A stretch of 63,871 bases of DNA, the filler included, from Octopus bimaculoides (lineage: Eukaryota), in assembly GCF_001194135.2 (NCBI RefSeq). It is 7 parts of 7 records of this genome, joined end to end, with 100 filler letters (N's around TTAATTAATTAA, not from the genome) between each part and the next. Parts side by side here need not be neighbours in the genome. Positions count along the whole stretch, not along the records: positions 19,042 to 41,241 come from NC_068983.1; 6 more parts are not named here. One strand, given 5' to 3'. Position numbers and translations under genes: made by a program. The notes under the pieces were generated by a model, which saw only the letters and a program-made list of their open reading frames with translations, was not told where the DNA came from and searched no databases. Positions 26,317 to 38,319 of this stretch are shown one piece after another (within the stretch, counting starts at the first letter, position 1; every line of letters begins with the position of its first letter).

Positions 26317-26760
26317 GAGAATATCTGTGAATATCTCAACTGCTATCACAAACGAGAATACTAAAAGTAAACGCAACTGCTTTAAAAAATTAGGTAAAAA
26401 GAGAGGAAAATAATCCAGAATCCTTGTCTGGTACCAGATTGATCCCAAAATCTAATCAGTTTGAGAATATCTGAAATAAACTCGACTGCTCTCACAAATG
26501 AGAATACTAAAAATGAACCCGACCGCTCTCAAAAATTAAGTAAAAAAACGAGAAAACTAAAAATAATCCAGAATCTTTGTCTCGGACTAGATTGATCCCA
26601 AAATCTAATCAGCTTGTGCTAGTCACGAGGCCAAACATCCCTGAAAGTTTCATCCGAATCCATCCAACGGTTCTTGAGATATCATGTCTATGGAGAAACA
26701 AACAAACAAACAAATACGACTGAAAACAATACCTCCACCTTCGCTAAGGTGGAGGCAATA
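26317..26760 (+). mobile_element. DINE-1/HINE-like (non-autonomous Helentron-like) element with internal tandem duplication
   Basis: Two diverged ~146-bp units (26317-26462, 26463-~26612), then (AAAC)n at 26695-26714 and a perfect terminal stem-loop CCTCCACCTT-cgct-AAGGTGGAGG (26732-26755). Confidence 0.6.
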
Positions 26761-27475
26761 ACATCAAGAATATGAAACTTGGCTTGTGAGCCAGGTTGAC
26801 AATCTCTACACCACCGACGTCACTACAGTCATTACTCTCTTCAGAGAATAGCAATATAAAATAATGTACGCAAGTGCATTCGCCAACACGAAACTCACCC
26901 ACACGTGCACACTCATATATACACATTTATGTAAAATATAGAATGAAAAAAAAAAACGGAAGGAAAATAGTGTGAATAAATAGAATTTAATAAAGTGTGA
27001 GTGATTTCAGGTTTATGNNNNNNNNNNNNNNNNNNNNNNNNNNNNNNNNNNNNNNNNNNNNNNNNNNNNNNNNNNNNNNNNNNNNNNNNNNNNNNNNNNN
27101 NNNNNNNNNNNNNNNNNNNNNNNNNNNNNNNNNNNNNNNNNNNNNNNNNNNNNNNNNNNNNNNNNNNNNNNNNNNNNNNNNNNNNNNNNNNNNNNNNNNN
27201 NNNNNNNNNNNNNNNNNNNNNNNNNNNNNNNNNNNNNNNNNNNNNNNNNNNNNNNNNNNNNNNNNNNNNNNNNNNNNNNNNNNNNNNNNNNNNNNNNNNN
27301 NNNNNNNNNNNNNNNNNNNNNNNNNNNNNNNNNNNNNNNNNNNNNNNNNNNNNNNNNNNNNNNNNNNNNNNNNNNNNNNNNNNNNNNNNNNNNNNNNNNN
27401 NNNNNNNNNNNNNNNNNNNNNNNNNNNNNNNNNNNNNNNNNNNNNNNNNNNNNNNNNNNNNNNNNNNNNNNATTT

Positions 27476-27489
27476 ATAATAATAATAAC

Positions 27490-27561
<72 letters not shown>

Positions 27562-27600
27562 AATGACAACAACAACAACAACAATGATAATAATAATAAT
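27476..27600. repeat. (AAT)n/(AAC)n microsatellite
   Basis: Directly visible. Confidence 0.95.
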
Positions 27601-27729
27601 CGACTGATATACAGATATTACGATGGGTTGAAAAAGTGAGTGAAAGAACAAACATTGAGTTAAACGAAACTGATCTTGCAATGTGTTACAGATTCCTGAG
27701 AAAGGAGGGTCGCCAATCAAGGAATTGTT

Positions 27730-28124
27730 ACTCTTTTACTCTTTTACTTGTTTCAGTCATTTGACTGTGGCCATGCTGGAGCATCGCCTTTTTAGTGAAG
27801 CAAATCGACTCCAGGACTTATTCTTTGTAAGCCTAGTACTTATTCTATCGGTTTCTTTTGCCGAACCGCTAAGTTACGGGGACGTAAACACACCAGCATT
27901 GGTTGTCAAGCGATTTTCGGGGGACAAGCATATACACACACATGATATATATATACAAATATACGACGGGCTTCTTTCAGTATCCGTCTACCAAATCCAC
28001 TCACAAGGCTTTGGTTGGCCCGAGGCTATAGCAGAAGACTCTTGCCCAAGGTGCCACGCAGAGGGACTGAACATGGAACCATGTGGTTTATAAGCAAGCT
28101 ACTTACCACACAGCCATTCCTGCG
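27730..28124 (-). mobile_element. SINE family A, full-length
   Basis: Colinear reverse complement of 54991-55388 from head to tail. Confidence 0.9.
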
Positions 28125-28404
28125 GCTATGTTGTTGAGGTTTTCTAAATATCAAAAAGAAAGTCCCCTCTCTCAACTGTAGCACAGCATCAGCAAAAATG
28201 CCTTGCGGTATTTGTTTGGTCACTTTATGTTCGCTGATCAAATCCCGCAGTAATTAACTTTGTCTTGCATTCTTTAAGGATCAATAAAATGGAGTACACG
28301 TCAAGTACGAAGTTCGATATTATTGATTGAACCTCTCTTCTTTCAAAGGATAAAAACAAATTCTTCTTCAGAAAAATATATTTTATTTATGATCTAAAAG
28401 TTAG

Positions 28405-28840
28405 TTATTTAGTAGTAGTAGTAGTTGTAGTAGTAGTAGTAGTGGTGGTGGTGGTGGTAGTGGTGGTAGTAGTAGTGGTAGTGGTGATGTTAGTAGTAAT
28501 AGTGGTGGTGGTGGTGGTGGTGTTAGTAGTAATAGTGGTGATGATGGTGGTGGTAGTAGTAGTAGTAGTTGGAGTGGTGGTGGTGGTGGTGGTAGTAGTA
28601 ATAGTGGTGGTGATGGTGGTGGTGGTAGTAGTAGTAGTAGTGGTGGTGGTGGTAGTGTTAGTAGTAATAGTGTTGGTGGTAGTAGTAGTGGTGGCGGTGT
28701 TAGTAGTAATAGTGGTGGTGGTGATGGTGTTAGTAGTAATAGGGGTGGCAGTAGTAGTAGTAATAATAGTAGTAGTAGTAGCAGTAGTAATGGTGGTGGT
28801 GGTGTTAGTAGTAATAGTGGTGGTAGTAGTAGTAGTATGG
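28405..28840. repeat. (GTA/GTG)n mosaic with a recurring GTTAGTAGTAATAG unit
   Basis: Exact 14-mer at 28489, 28522, 28657, 28699, 28729 and 28804. Confidence 0.9.
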
Positions 28841-29454
28841 GTGAATGTACTGTAACAGTGCATCGCTATATCCACCATTTGTTGATGATTCCTTACCCCT
28901 GGTGGTTGACGTGTTTGCACTAGTCAGTTGACAACCTTCCAATCCATTGTGGTCTGTTTTGGATAGTCGTTACTGAGGCGGTTTTTACGAAGCCGAAACA
29001 CAAATCTTACTTCAACCTCTTTTAGTTACCTTTTAAAACATGCAGAGGGAATGTTGCATCTTATTTTTCTTCTTTTCTTTTACATGCTGATCCCCACACA
29101 GTACCATATCAACGTGACATGAACTATTTTGCCAAAGAACACTACACGCCACACAGTCCAAGAATCGAAACCATCACCTGAGTATCGTGAGTCCATCACC
29201 TCAGCCCCCAGGCAACAAGCCTTCATAATTTAGTAATAAGTGAGGATAAAATATTCCCAAATCTTCATATATTTTTTTCAATAATCTTCTTTACAATTAT
29301 TTTTCCCCCAAAAAGTGCTTCGTTTGCTACATTGGAACTTGTCTTATCGCTTCTCATGATAGTTGAACTCTATTGATTGCCAATGATTATTGTCTCATTT
29401 ATTTCTCTTGTTTTGCGGTGACTGTTTAATTAAGGACGTTTGTCATTTTCTTTC

Positions 29455-30025
29455 TCCATAAGTTTATCTGGTTGTCTCTTACTTTTAATAATCCTATGTG
29501 TTTCTAGTGCCTTCTTCATTTGCGGGTCCTTCATAAGCAGTGGTATGTTTTAGTGGATGATGTTGTATGCTTCCATGTTTCTTGGATTGGGTGTTGATAC
29601 GTAAGATAGAGTTTTAAGTGTGTCATGGTGTATTCTTGTTTTCCATTACTCTTGGATGTCTATCATTTTTGCACATTCTTTTCCATTTTCGATTGGACTG
29701 ACCGGGTATTTTCTATCTAAACTAATGAGGTTTTAAGTTCTTGGAGTCGCTTTTCTCAGGTTTCGGGACTTGATGCAATCGTGCAAATTCTTCTCGCTAA
29801 GTTGAACGGTATATTTATTTTAGTATGTTTTGGGTGGCAAGAGGAGAATAGAAGATATTGTTTTGAGTCTGTTGATTTGAAAAGGATGTTGGTTTCAATC
29901 TCAGTATCTCTCTTTATCTTTAAGATGTCCAGGAAGGGTAGTTGCTGGTGGTTGTATTCTATAGTGAATTGGATACTGTGGTTAATGCTGTTGGTTAAGT
30001 TTTTAAATGTTGTGAGTTGTTCAAT

Positions 30026-30028
<3 letters not shown>
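29455..30028 (-). mobile_element. Penelope-like element: RT C-terminal/thumb and linker fragment (decayed)
   Basis: IQFTIEYNHQQLPFLDILKIKRDTEIETNILFKSTDSKQYLLFSSCHPKHTKINIPFNLARRICTIASSPET*EKRLQEL, then KYPVSPIENG...YVSTPNPRNMEAYNIIH*NIPLLMKDPQMKKAL...IIKSKRQP. The PFLD, KxTD and SCHPxHxKxxIP motifs are diagnostic of PLE RTs. Cut 5' by (TATG)n. Confidence 0.9.
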
Positions 30029-30059
<31 letters not shown>

Positions 30060-30408
30060 TGTATGTATGTATGTATGTATATATATGTATATTTATATAT
30101 GTGTATANNNNNNNNNNNNNNNNNNNNNNNNNNNNNNNNNNNNNNNNNNNNNNNNNNNNNNNNNNNNNNNNNNNNNNNNNNNNNNNNNNNNNNNNNNNNN
30201 NNNNNNNNNNNNNNNNNNNNNNNNNNNNNNNNNNNNNNNNNNNNNNNNNNNNNNNNNNNNNNNNNNNNNNNNNNNNNNNNNNNNNNNNNNNNNNNNNNNN
30301 NNNNNNNNNNNNNNNNNNNNNNNNNNNNNNNNNNNNNNNNNNNNNNNNNNNNNNNNNNNNNNNNNNNNNNNNNNNNNNNNNNNNNNNNNNNNNNNNNNNN
30401 NNNNNNNN

Positions 30409-30453
<45 letters not shown>

Positions 30454-33449
30454 CACGTATATACGTATGTATGTGTATATGTATGCATGTATGTATGTAC
30501 GCATGTATGTATGTACGCATGTATGCATGCATGTACGTAGATATGTGTGTGTTTGTATCTACCTCAACTTCTTTAATCTAACCACAAGAAATGAAAGGAA
30601 TGTATTACTTAACGAGTTTAATGCGGCACAGAGTTGGGATTATTGTGTCGGACGTAATTCACAAGCCCATGATACACTGCTTTAAAAAAATCATTCTAAT
30701 TAATTAAAGCCTATGACTGTGAGAAGAGTGTGAAAATTATTGATAATTAATCTAATTAAAGTTAATTTTGAAAAATCACGCATTAGATTTTAAATGTTTG
30801 ATTCAGGGCAATAGTACGAGAATGTTGCAAGTGCCATGAAGAAAATTTGATTGATTTGTCAAAACAAAATAAAAAGACTAACGATCAATATTATTCAGAG
30901 ATCAGCAATTGTCTCTGTCGGCATTAGGCAGTGAAATAAAAGCAAAACAGTAAAACGAAACGCTGGAATTAGAAAAGAATGGCCTACGTCAGTAAAATTT
31001 AATCCAATAAATCAAATCTTTTTCAAAGACTGGCCTACATAGAACATTACAATTCTCTTTTCACGTGACACATGGACGCACTCACCTTCTATTTTCTTTT
31101 CTTCTAAAACCTTTTAAGTAATTTAAGATATCTAAGTGTGTCGTGAGATTTATTTACTTTGGAGTCGTCATTATAAAGACACGACATCTTGAGTCAAATG
31201 TAAATATGCAAATATGCACAGCAGCTATGGAGTTAGCTACGAGTGTAATTCTCCGAACCAACAGATTATGTCCACTAACATCAAAACGGCTTTCAAGTTT
31301 GTCTTCTCACAACGTCTGGCAAACACATTTGACCTATATTTCCTTATTGGTGATTGCAAGGAAATTGTATATAAAAGTTTTTGTCTGCATATATATATAT
31401 ATATATATATANNNNNNNNNNNNNNNNNNNNNNNNNNNNNNNNNNNNNNNNNNNNNNNNNNNNNNNNNNNNNNNNNNNNNNNNNNNNNNNNNNNNNNNNN
31501 NNNNNNNNNNNNNNNNNNNNNNNNNNNNNNNNNNNNNNNNNNNNNNNNNNNNNNNNNNNNNNNNNNNNNNNNNNNNNNNNNNNNNNNNNNNNNNNNNNNN
31601 NNNNNNNNNNNNNNNNNNNNNNNNNNNNNNNNNNNNNNNNNNNNNNNNNNNNNNNNNNNNNNNNNNNNNNNNNNNNNNNNNNNNNNNNNNNNNNNNNNNN
31701 NNNNNNNNNNNNNNNNNNNNNNNNNNNNNNNNNNNNNNNNNNNNNNNNNNNNNNNNNNNNNNNNNNNNNNNNNNNNNNNNNNNNNNNNNNNNNNNNNNNN
31801 NNNNNNNNNNNNNNNNNNNNNNNNNNNNNNNNNNNNNNNNNNNNNNNNNNNNNNNNNNNNNNNNNNNNNNNNNNNNNNNNNNNNNNNNNNNNNNNNNNNN
31901 NNNNNNNNNNNNNNNNNNNNNNNNNNNNNNNNNNNNNNNNNNNNNNNNNNNNNNNNNNNNNNNNNNNNNNNNNNNNNNNNNNNNNNNNNNNNNNNNNNNN
32001 NNNNNNNNNNNNNNNNNNNNNNNNNNNNNNNNNNNNNNNNNNNNNNNNNNNNNNNNNNNNNNNNNNNNNNNNNNNNNNNNNNNNNNNNNNNNNNNNNNNN
32101 NNNNNNNNNNNNNNNNNNNNNNNTATATATATATATATATATATATATCTGTGCACGAAATACCTTGTAATCAGCAAAAAAGAAATATAGCATTCATTTG
32201 CCAAACATTTGGCAAATATGTGTGTGCGTGTGTGTGTGTGTGTACATGCACATGTATGTATGTATGCACATTGTGTTCTAGTACAAAGATCTGTTGTCGA
32301 TTCCTTCGGAATTTATGTGAAATTAGTAATGGTGCAATACACGATATCAATTTCCTTCTCTTAGTTGTATCTGTTGTGTTAAACCCACTACGTTTCTACA
32401 TCTTGTAATTTGCCTAAATTTCTGTGTGAGGGAACTATTCGTCTACGTTCTAGGTGTTTTCTACTGAGCTTCTGGCCCCATGAAGTTTTTGAATGCTTGC
32501 TACTTAAAAGGAATGATTTTTCAGATGTGAGTCTCATTTTTATCTCTATTGTTTAGACTCACGTTATCTTGATCAAACAAATTTGATTATACACGGGTTT
32601 CTTTGAAGAGATGGGAAAGTGAATATATCCTTGAATTTTGAACCAATTCACTCGGTTATTCAGTTAGGACTACAATCAAACTATAATGCCATACAAGGCA
32701 AGAGCAGCTTTGAAAATTTAACTGTGTCGCTATAAAAGACATTGGCATGTACACGAACATGCTTTGACCAATCGAAACAGTAGGCTTGAAGGCAAGTTTT
32801 GTGGATGTTCCTTCCAAATCATTCAACCGAAATTTCAAGAAGTTTTGACTGAATGTTTTAAAAAAATAGAAAATTGAACTTCCAAACAGAATGGCGTTGG
32901 GTGCTACACAGATCATTGTCGGTTAATTTTGTGATAAAGTATTCTCAATTTTTCTTCATATTCTGTCCTTAAGCATCACGAATGACTCCCCTGTCAATAT
33001 CTAACATATTTTAAGCAATGAAGATTTTTAATTATCACATTTGCTTTTTCACGGATGATGTTGAATTCAAATTACTGTTGTATATACGTTAATGGAAATG
33101 TTTTAGATAATAAAAAAGATATATAAGCTTAGATAAATATTGGTATGGAGATTCTCAAATTCACACACGCCATACCTAATACTGTGTACTACCAATGGCG
33201 AATTAATGACTAAGAATCACTTGAATGGTGGCCCAAATCATAAAATTAGTGGCCTGAGCATGGAAGTTACCTGCGTGCCAGTTTTATTGATGAGGGCAGC
33301 TATATCGATTTTAGAATAAGAAAATTCACAATCGATAATTGATTACTTGTAAATTTGTAAATCTAACATATCTTGAATGTAAAAGATGATGTATGAGCTG
33401 CAGTCTTTCAAATGAGCAATCAATGTAAGTAATGTTTTTCCGTGTAGGG

Positions 33450-33511
33450 AAAGTCACTAGCGCTGATCTTCTTCTTAGAATATGAAGAAGAATATCAGAG
33501 CTAGTGACTTT
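33450..33511. ncRNA. Imperfect 62-nt hairpin (pre-miRNA-like candidate)
   Basis: AAAGTCACTAGC g CTGAT CTTCTTC ttagaatat GAAGAAG aat ATCAG a GCTAGTGACTTT: 12+5+7 bp. No expression evidence. Confidence 0.3.
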
Positions 33512-33599
33512 TGCAATCTAGTGACTTATGAGTTTAATTAACCGAAACACTGTGGCGTCTCGAAGATCACTAACGTCGGGGAATCGCATATATAACAGA

Positions 33600-33703
33600 G
33601 ACTGTAGTAGAAGACACTTGCCTGCGCTGCTACGCAGAGGGACTGAACCTGGAACCATGTGGTTGGGAAGCAAGCTTCTTACCACACGGCCACACCTGTG
33701 CCT
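33600..33703 (-). mobile_element. SINE family A, 5' head fragment
   Basis: gtagaagacacttgcc...gggactgaacctggaaccatgtggttgggaagcaagcttcttaccacac.gccac. Confidence 0.8.
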
Positions 33704-34546
33704 ATATATATAATGTATATAATCTTTTATATTATATTATAATTACTATTTATTTACTACTAACATTAATGAAACAAAGTAAATCTAATAAACATTTCAG
33801 TAATAACAATTATCCACCAACTAACAATTACTATTAGTATACTAAGAAGTGGACATAATTCCAAGCACTTTGTGGTCAAGACAAAGATTTTAACATTTCC
33901 TTGCATATTCTTGTATTCACGTCAAAAACAGGAAAAAAAAAATTCATGTGGTCGTATAGATTTTTCTCTCAACTTTACTTAGAGGAGTAAACTTGGGGTA
34001 TCATTGCAGCAGACTACAGACAGGTAAAAGATATCGGAAATTTGTTCAGTAACTGAAGTTACATTCAGTTTTGTCTAGAATTGATCAATAATGCCAAAAT
34101 CGATGGTTCACAATAGTATCAGCCACTAAATCTGTGTACTTCTAATTCTTTTATTTCCAATAATTCACATGAGGAATGTTAGGTTTTGACAAACATCTTC
34201 TCGAAATTTGTAAGAAACTTCAGCGAAATGTGTAAACTTTTAATGAAAAAGGAACAATTTTCTGTATTTGGCTGCTTCTGAAGAAATATAACTATTCTTA
34301 TTATTTTCTTTCAATATGCGTAGAAATTTTTATGGCTGTGCATAGGCGCTGATATGGCTGCTTGGTAATGAAACTTGCTTTACAACCAAGTGAATTTGAG
34401 TTCAATCTGACTGCGTGGCATTTTGAGCAAATATCTTCTACAAAACTCCTGGAGGGGCTAATGCCTGGTAAGTGATTTTGTTAGATGGGAACCTTTATGC
34501 AAGCCTGTCATATACATACATACATTTTATACACACACACTGAGTG

Positions 34547-34947
34547 TTTATTGAGTGAAAACACCTAAAGCTCCACGAGGCTCAGGCAGAGGGTGATGGT
34601 GAACCCTGCCATACAATTTCACCCCAGCTTTCTCTCACTCTTTTTTCCTGTTTCTGTTGTACCTGTATTTCAAAGAGGCCAGCCTTGTCACACTCTGTGT
34701 CACGCTGAATCTCCGCGAGAACTACATTAAGGGTACACGTGTCTGTGGAGTGCTCAGCCACTTGCACATTAATAAATGAGCTGCGACATCACTGGTGCCA
34801 AGCTGTATCGGCCTTTGTCTTTCCCTTGGATAACATAGGTGGTGTGGAGAGGGGAGGTTGGTATTCCATAAACAACCTTGCTCAGACTTGTGCCTCGGAG
34901 GGTAATTTTCTAGGTGCAATCCCATAGTCATTCATGACCGAAGGAGG
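34547..34947 (+). mobile_element. SINE-like repeat sharing a ~115-bp domain with 36512-36626
   Basis: 34658-34773 aligns as the reverse complement of 36512-36626. Confidence 0.7.
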
Positions 34948-34964
34948 TAACAACACAATATCAT

Positions 34965-35262
34965 AGACTCTCCAGTCATTAGACGACGCATGAGTGTTCG
35001 ACAATTTCTTACTGAACAACCACACAAATCATTTGGTTATAGTGATCAAATGTCTGTGATCATATGAGGTCATTCCCTCCATCAAATTAAAATTACTTGT
35101 ACAGGTGCACCATGTGCCACATATTAGATGACGAAATGATTGCAGAGTAGCATGAAGTGAAGTGCTTTGCTCAAGAGCACAACAAAGCACCCGGTCTGGG
35201 AATCGAAACCACGATCTCGAAATTGTGAGTGCAACACCCTAACCACTAGGCCACGCACCTTT
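34965..35262 (-). mobile_element. tRNA-headed SINE (minor family)
   Basis: Minus strand begins aaaggtgcgTGGCCTAGTGGttagg...GGTTTCGATTCC (A and B boxes) followed by non-tRNA sequence. The 3' boundary is approximate. Confidence 0.7.
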
Positions 35263-36443
35263 GTATGTACACTCTATGTATGTGTGTATGTATATGTATG
35301 TATAGATATATGCTATGCATGTATGTGTGTATGTATGTATGTATGTATGTGCCTATGTTTGTGTTTGTCCTTACCTCTACTTGACAACCAGTGTGGGTTT
35401 GTTTATGTTCTAATAACTTAATAGTTTGGCATAAGAAACCAATAGAATAAATACCAGAATTTTAAAAATGTAATTTGGTCGATTTATTAAACAAAACCCT
35501 TCAATGCAGTGCTCCAGCATGGCTGCTGTCCAATGGCTGAAAACAATAAAGATAAAAGATAGAAACCGACAAGATGTATATTGGGGCTAAATTTTTCATA
35601 ATACCAGCTTGCTTTCGGTTACCAAGCCAAAGTATAATTTCTGGGTTTATTACATATTGAACCTTACATAACTTGAGATTATTTCCTCCCGTAATGGCTC
35701 TTGTAAAAACTGTCAATTTTTGATAAATAGATCCCAACCAAGTTTGCAATAAATTTCAATAGGCCGTTTATCCATTTATTATGAAATAAAATTGTCATTC
35801 AACAGTTTCCAGGGAATAATTCTTTGGTATATATATTTTTTGTTTTTAGTTCTATGAGAACATCGAGGTAAAAATAATGCCTAGAATTTATATCCTGCAA
35901 ATTCCCAAATCGATTATGTGTCTTTGGGCAACACACTAAAGACCTCTTCATTCATTTTTATCTAACATGGAGAAATATTTATACGGCCTATCAATCTAAC
36001 GCTTGTATGTTTTATATTGTTTCATCCTCAGATTTTAACAAATATATTACTTTGACGTTTTCCAGAAGCTTTAAATATATTTGTAATAATCCCTTTTCAT
36101 TTTTTTATGGAAACGGTCAATGTTTGGTATATACGAATAAAGAAAAGATTATATCTCCCTGTGTATAAATAGAGTAGAAATATTCCTTCAGACACTTTAG
36201 CTTTGATTCAAGTCCTGTTCCTTCTGAGTTCATATTCCACTTTTCTCCAGAATAGATTTGCACAGGTTAAAATCTCCAATAGACGAACTATGTTACAAAC
36301 AATATATATCGGAAGGAGATGAAAATTCATGCCGACAGCGGTTAGCGACAACGTCATATGTAGTGAGGCCTTTTTGAGAATTCTCTAGATGAAATTTGTT
36401 ACCTTTGACAAAAACTGCAGCTTCTTGCCTGTCAATGGTCTAC

Positions 36444-37200
36444 TGGAACTTTGTCGGTTACAGCGACAAGGGTTCCAGTTAACACAATCAACCTAACAGC
36501 CTGCTCGTGAAATTAATGTGCAAGCAGCTGAGTACTCCACAGACACGTGTGTCTTTAATATAGTTTTCAGAGCGGTTCAGTGTGACAGAGAGTGTGACAA
36601 GACTGGCCCTTTGAATTACAGGTACAACTAATTTTTGCCAGCTGAGTGAACTGGAGCATTATCATCATCATCATCATTTAATGTCCACTTTCCATGCTAG
36701 CATGAGTTGGACGATTTGACTGGGGACTGGTAAACCAGATGGCTACACCAGACTCCAATCTGATCTGGCAGAATTTCTACAGCTGGATGCCCTTCCTAAC
36801 GCCAACCACTCTGAGAGCGTAGTGGCTGCTTTTTACGTGCCACCAGCACGAGGGCCAGTCCGGCGGTACTGGCAATGGCCACACTCAAATGGTGTTGTTT
36901 TACATGCCACCTGTACAACAGTCAGTCCAATGTTTTGTTCACATGCCACCAGCACAAATGCTAGTAAGGTGAAGCTGGAAACGATCGCGCTCAAATGGTG
37001 TTTTTTACATGCCACTGGCACAGAAGCGAGACCGCTGCTCTGGCAGTGATCCCGCTCGGATGGTGCTGTTAGCGCTCCACTGGCACGGGTGCCAGGGAAA
37101 TAAAGTGTCTTGCTCAAGGATAAAACGTGGCGCCGGGAATGGAACTCACGATCTTAACATCATGATCCGAATACCCTAACCGCTAAGCCATGCAGCTTCA
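36444..37200 (-). mobile_element. tRNA-headed SINE (family C) split by a nested insertion
   Basis: Left piece ends ...gctgagtgaactggagca (36658); right piece resumes gaaataaagtgtcttgctcaagg (37097) and runs to a tRNA-like head at 37200. An uninterrupted equivalent lies at about 56428-56545. Confidence 0.75.
36659..37094 (-). mobile_element. Nested SINE-like element with (ATG)n tail and internal tandem units
   Basis: Minus strand contains ggttggcgttaggaagggcatccagctgtagaaa and ends catgctagcatggaaagtggacattaaatgatgatgatg. It has about five degenerate tttac(a/g)tgccacc(a/t)gcac units. Confidence 0.7.
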
Positions 37201-37634
37201 TTTGTCAGTGTATTTAGATTAAGTCTGATACACAAATGCTTATTTTAATTGAATGCTGCTCCAAGTATGCACACCAAATATTTTATTCAGCCCGGTGGTT
37301 ATTTGCAATATCAGTGAATGAATTATTCATTGTTTCATATACAGTGTATTGGAGACAATAAATTGTGTTTAAGCATATGGGTGTGAGTATACATCATTGA
37401 CAAGCCTTAAGAATACCAAAATGCATCTGGTGTTCCCACTCGCCCCTACAGGAATGACTCCTCATTACTGTCCAATATATTTCATGTTTTTAATATAGTA
37501 CAACTATATAACATTTTATGTCAGATAACAAAAAGCCAGTCAGTAATGTATGTACATTAAGTATTATACATAGGTGCATATTTTAATTTAATGCTGCAAA
37601 TTGTTGTTATATTATGATTGTTGTTGTTGTTGTT

Positions 37635-37840
37635 AAGGCGGCAAGCTGGTAGAACTGTTAAGCACACCAGGCAAAATGATTATGTTCTGAGTTCAAATTC
37701 CACCATGGTCAACTTTGCCTTTCATCCTTTCAAGGGGTTGACAAAATGAGTACCAGTTAAATAATGGAGTCAATGTAATCAATTTGCTCCCCACCACCCA
37801 CCAAAACAAAATTTCAGGCCTTGTGCCTATACTAGAAAAG
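37635..37840 (+). mobile_element. SINE family B
   Basis: Colinear with 60866-61080. Confidence 0.85.
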
Positions 37841-38319
37841 ATCATCATCATCCTCATAATTAATTATTACTACTGAGGTGGCAAACTGGCACAATCATTA
37901 GTACGAAATGTGTAGCGGCGTTTCTTCCGGTTGTACGTTTTGACTTCAAACACCCTGAAGATCGACTTAGCCTGCCAACCTTTCGGAATCGATAAATTAA
38001 ATACCAGAGTAACACCGAGGTCAATGAAATCAACTGATCCTTTGCCCCTAAAATGTTGCTGACCTTGTGTCTATAGAAGAAAGGCTTATTCTGGGAATTA
38101 ATTTCCGATAATTTCTCAGCAATGAAACAAAAACAAAATTCAAGTCTGACCAAATATAGATTCCCTGGTCATCTTTTATTGTCTTTAACTGTATTCTTTG
38201 TCTCTGGAAAGGAATTAACGACACAACCCATTCGTTTGACGTCCTTTATAATCTCAATAAAAGCAAAAAAATTTCGTTTACAGAAAAATGTTAGCAGACA
38301 TTTTTATTATACATCAGTT

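Noticed and set aside
26317-26612. Direct repeats and SINE arrays as possible CRISPR arrays
   Set aside because: Units are 146-215 bp without unique spacers, the context is eukaryotic and there are no cas genes.
28405-28920. 171-aa Thr-rich (mucin-like) and 137-aa Val-rich ORFs
   Set aside because: Translations of a GTA/GTG microsatellite, with no splice or domain context.
32196-32217. 22-bp near-palindrome ATTTGCCAAA-ca-TTTGGCAAAT
   Set aside because: Short, AT-rich and isolated; no element or RNA context.
31143-32408. Longest ORFs in the track (421 aa and other X-rich ORFs)
   Set aside because: They are open only because they cross N gaps and (TA)n.
33519-33572. Hammerhead-like TAGTGA-CTTATGA-GTT taatt AAC-C-GAAAC...TCACTA
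   Set aside because: Stem I (6 bp) is suggestive, but G5 is mutated and no UH cleavage site sits next to stem I.
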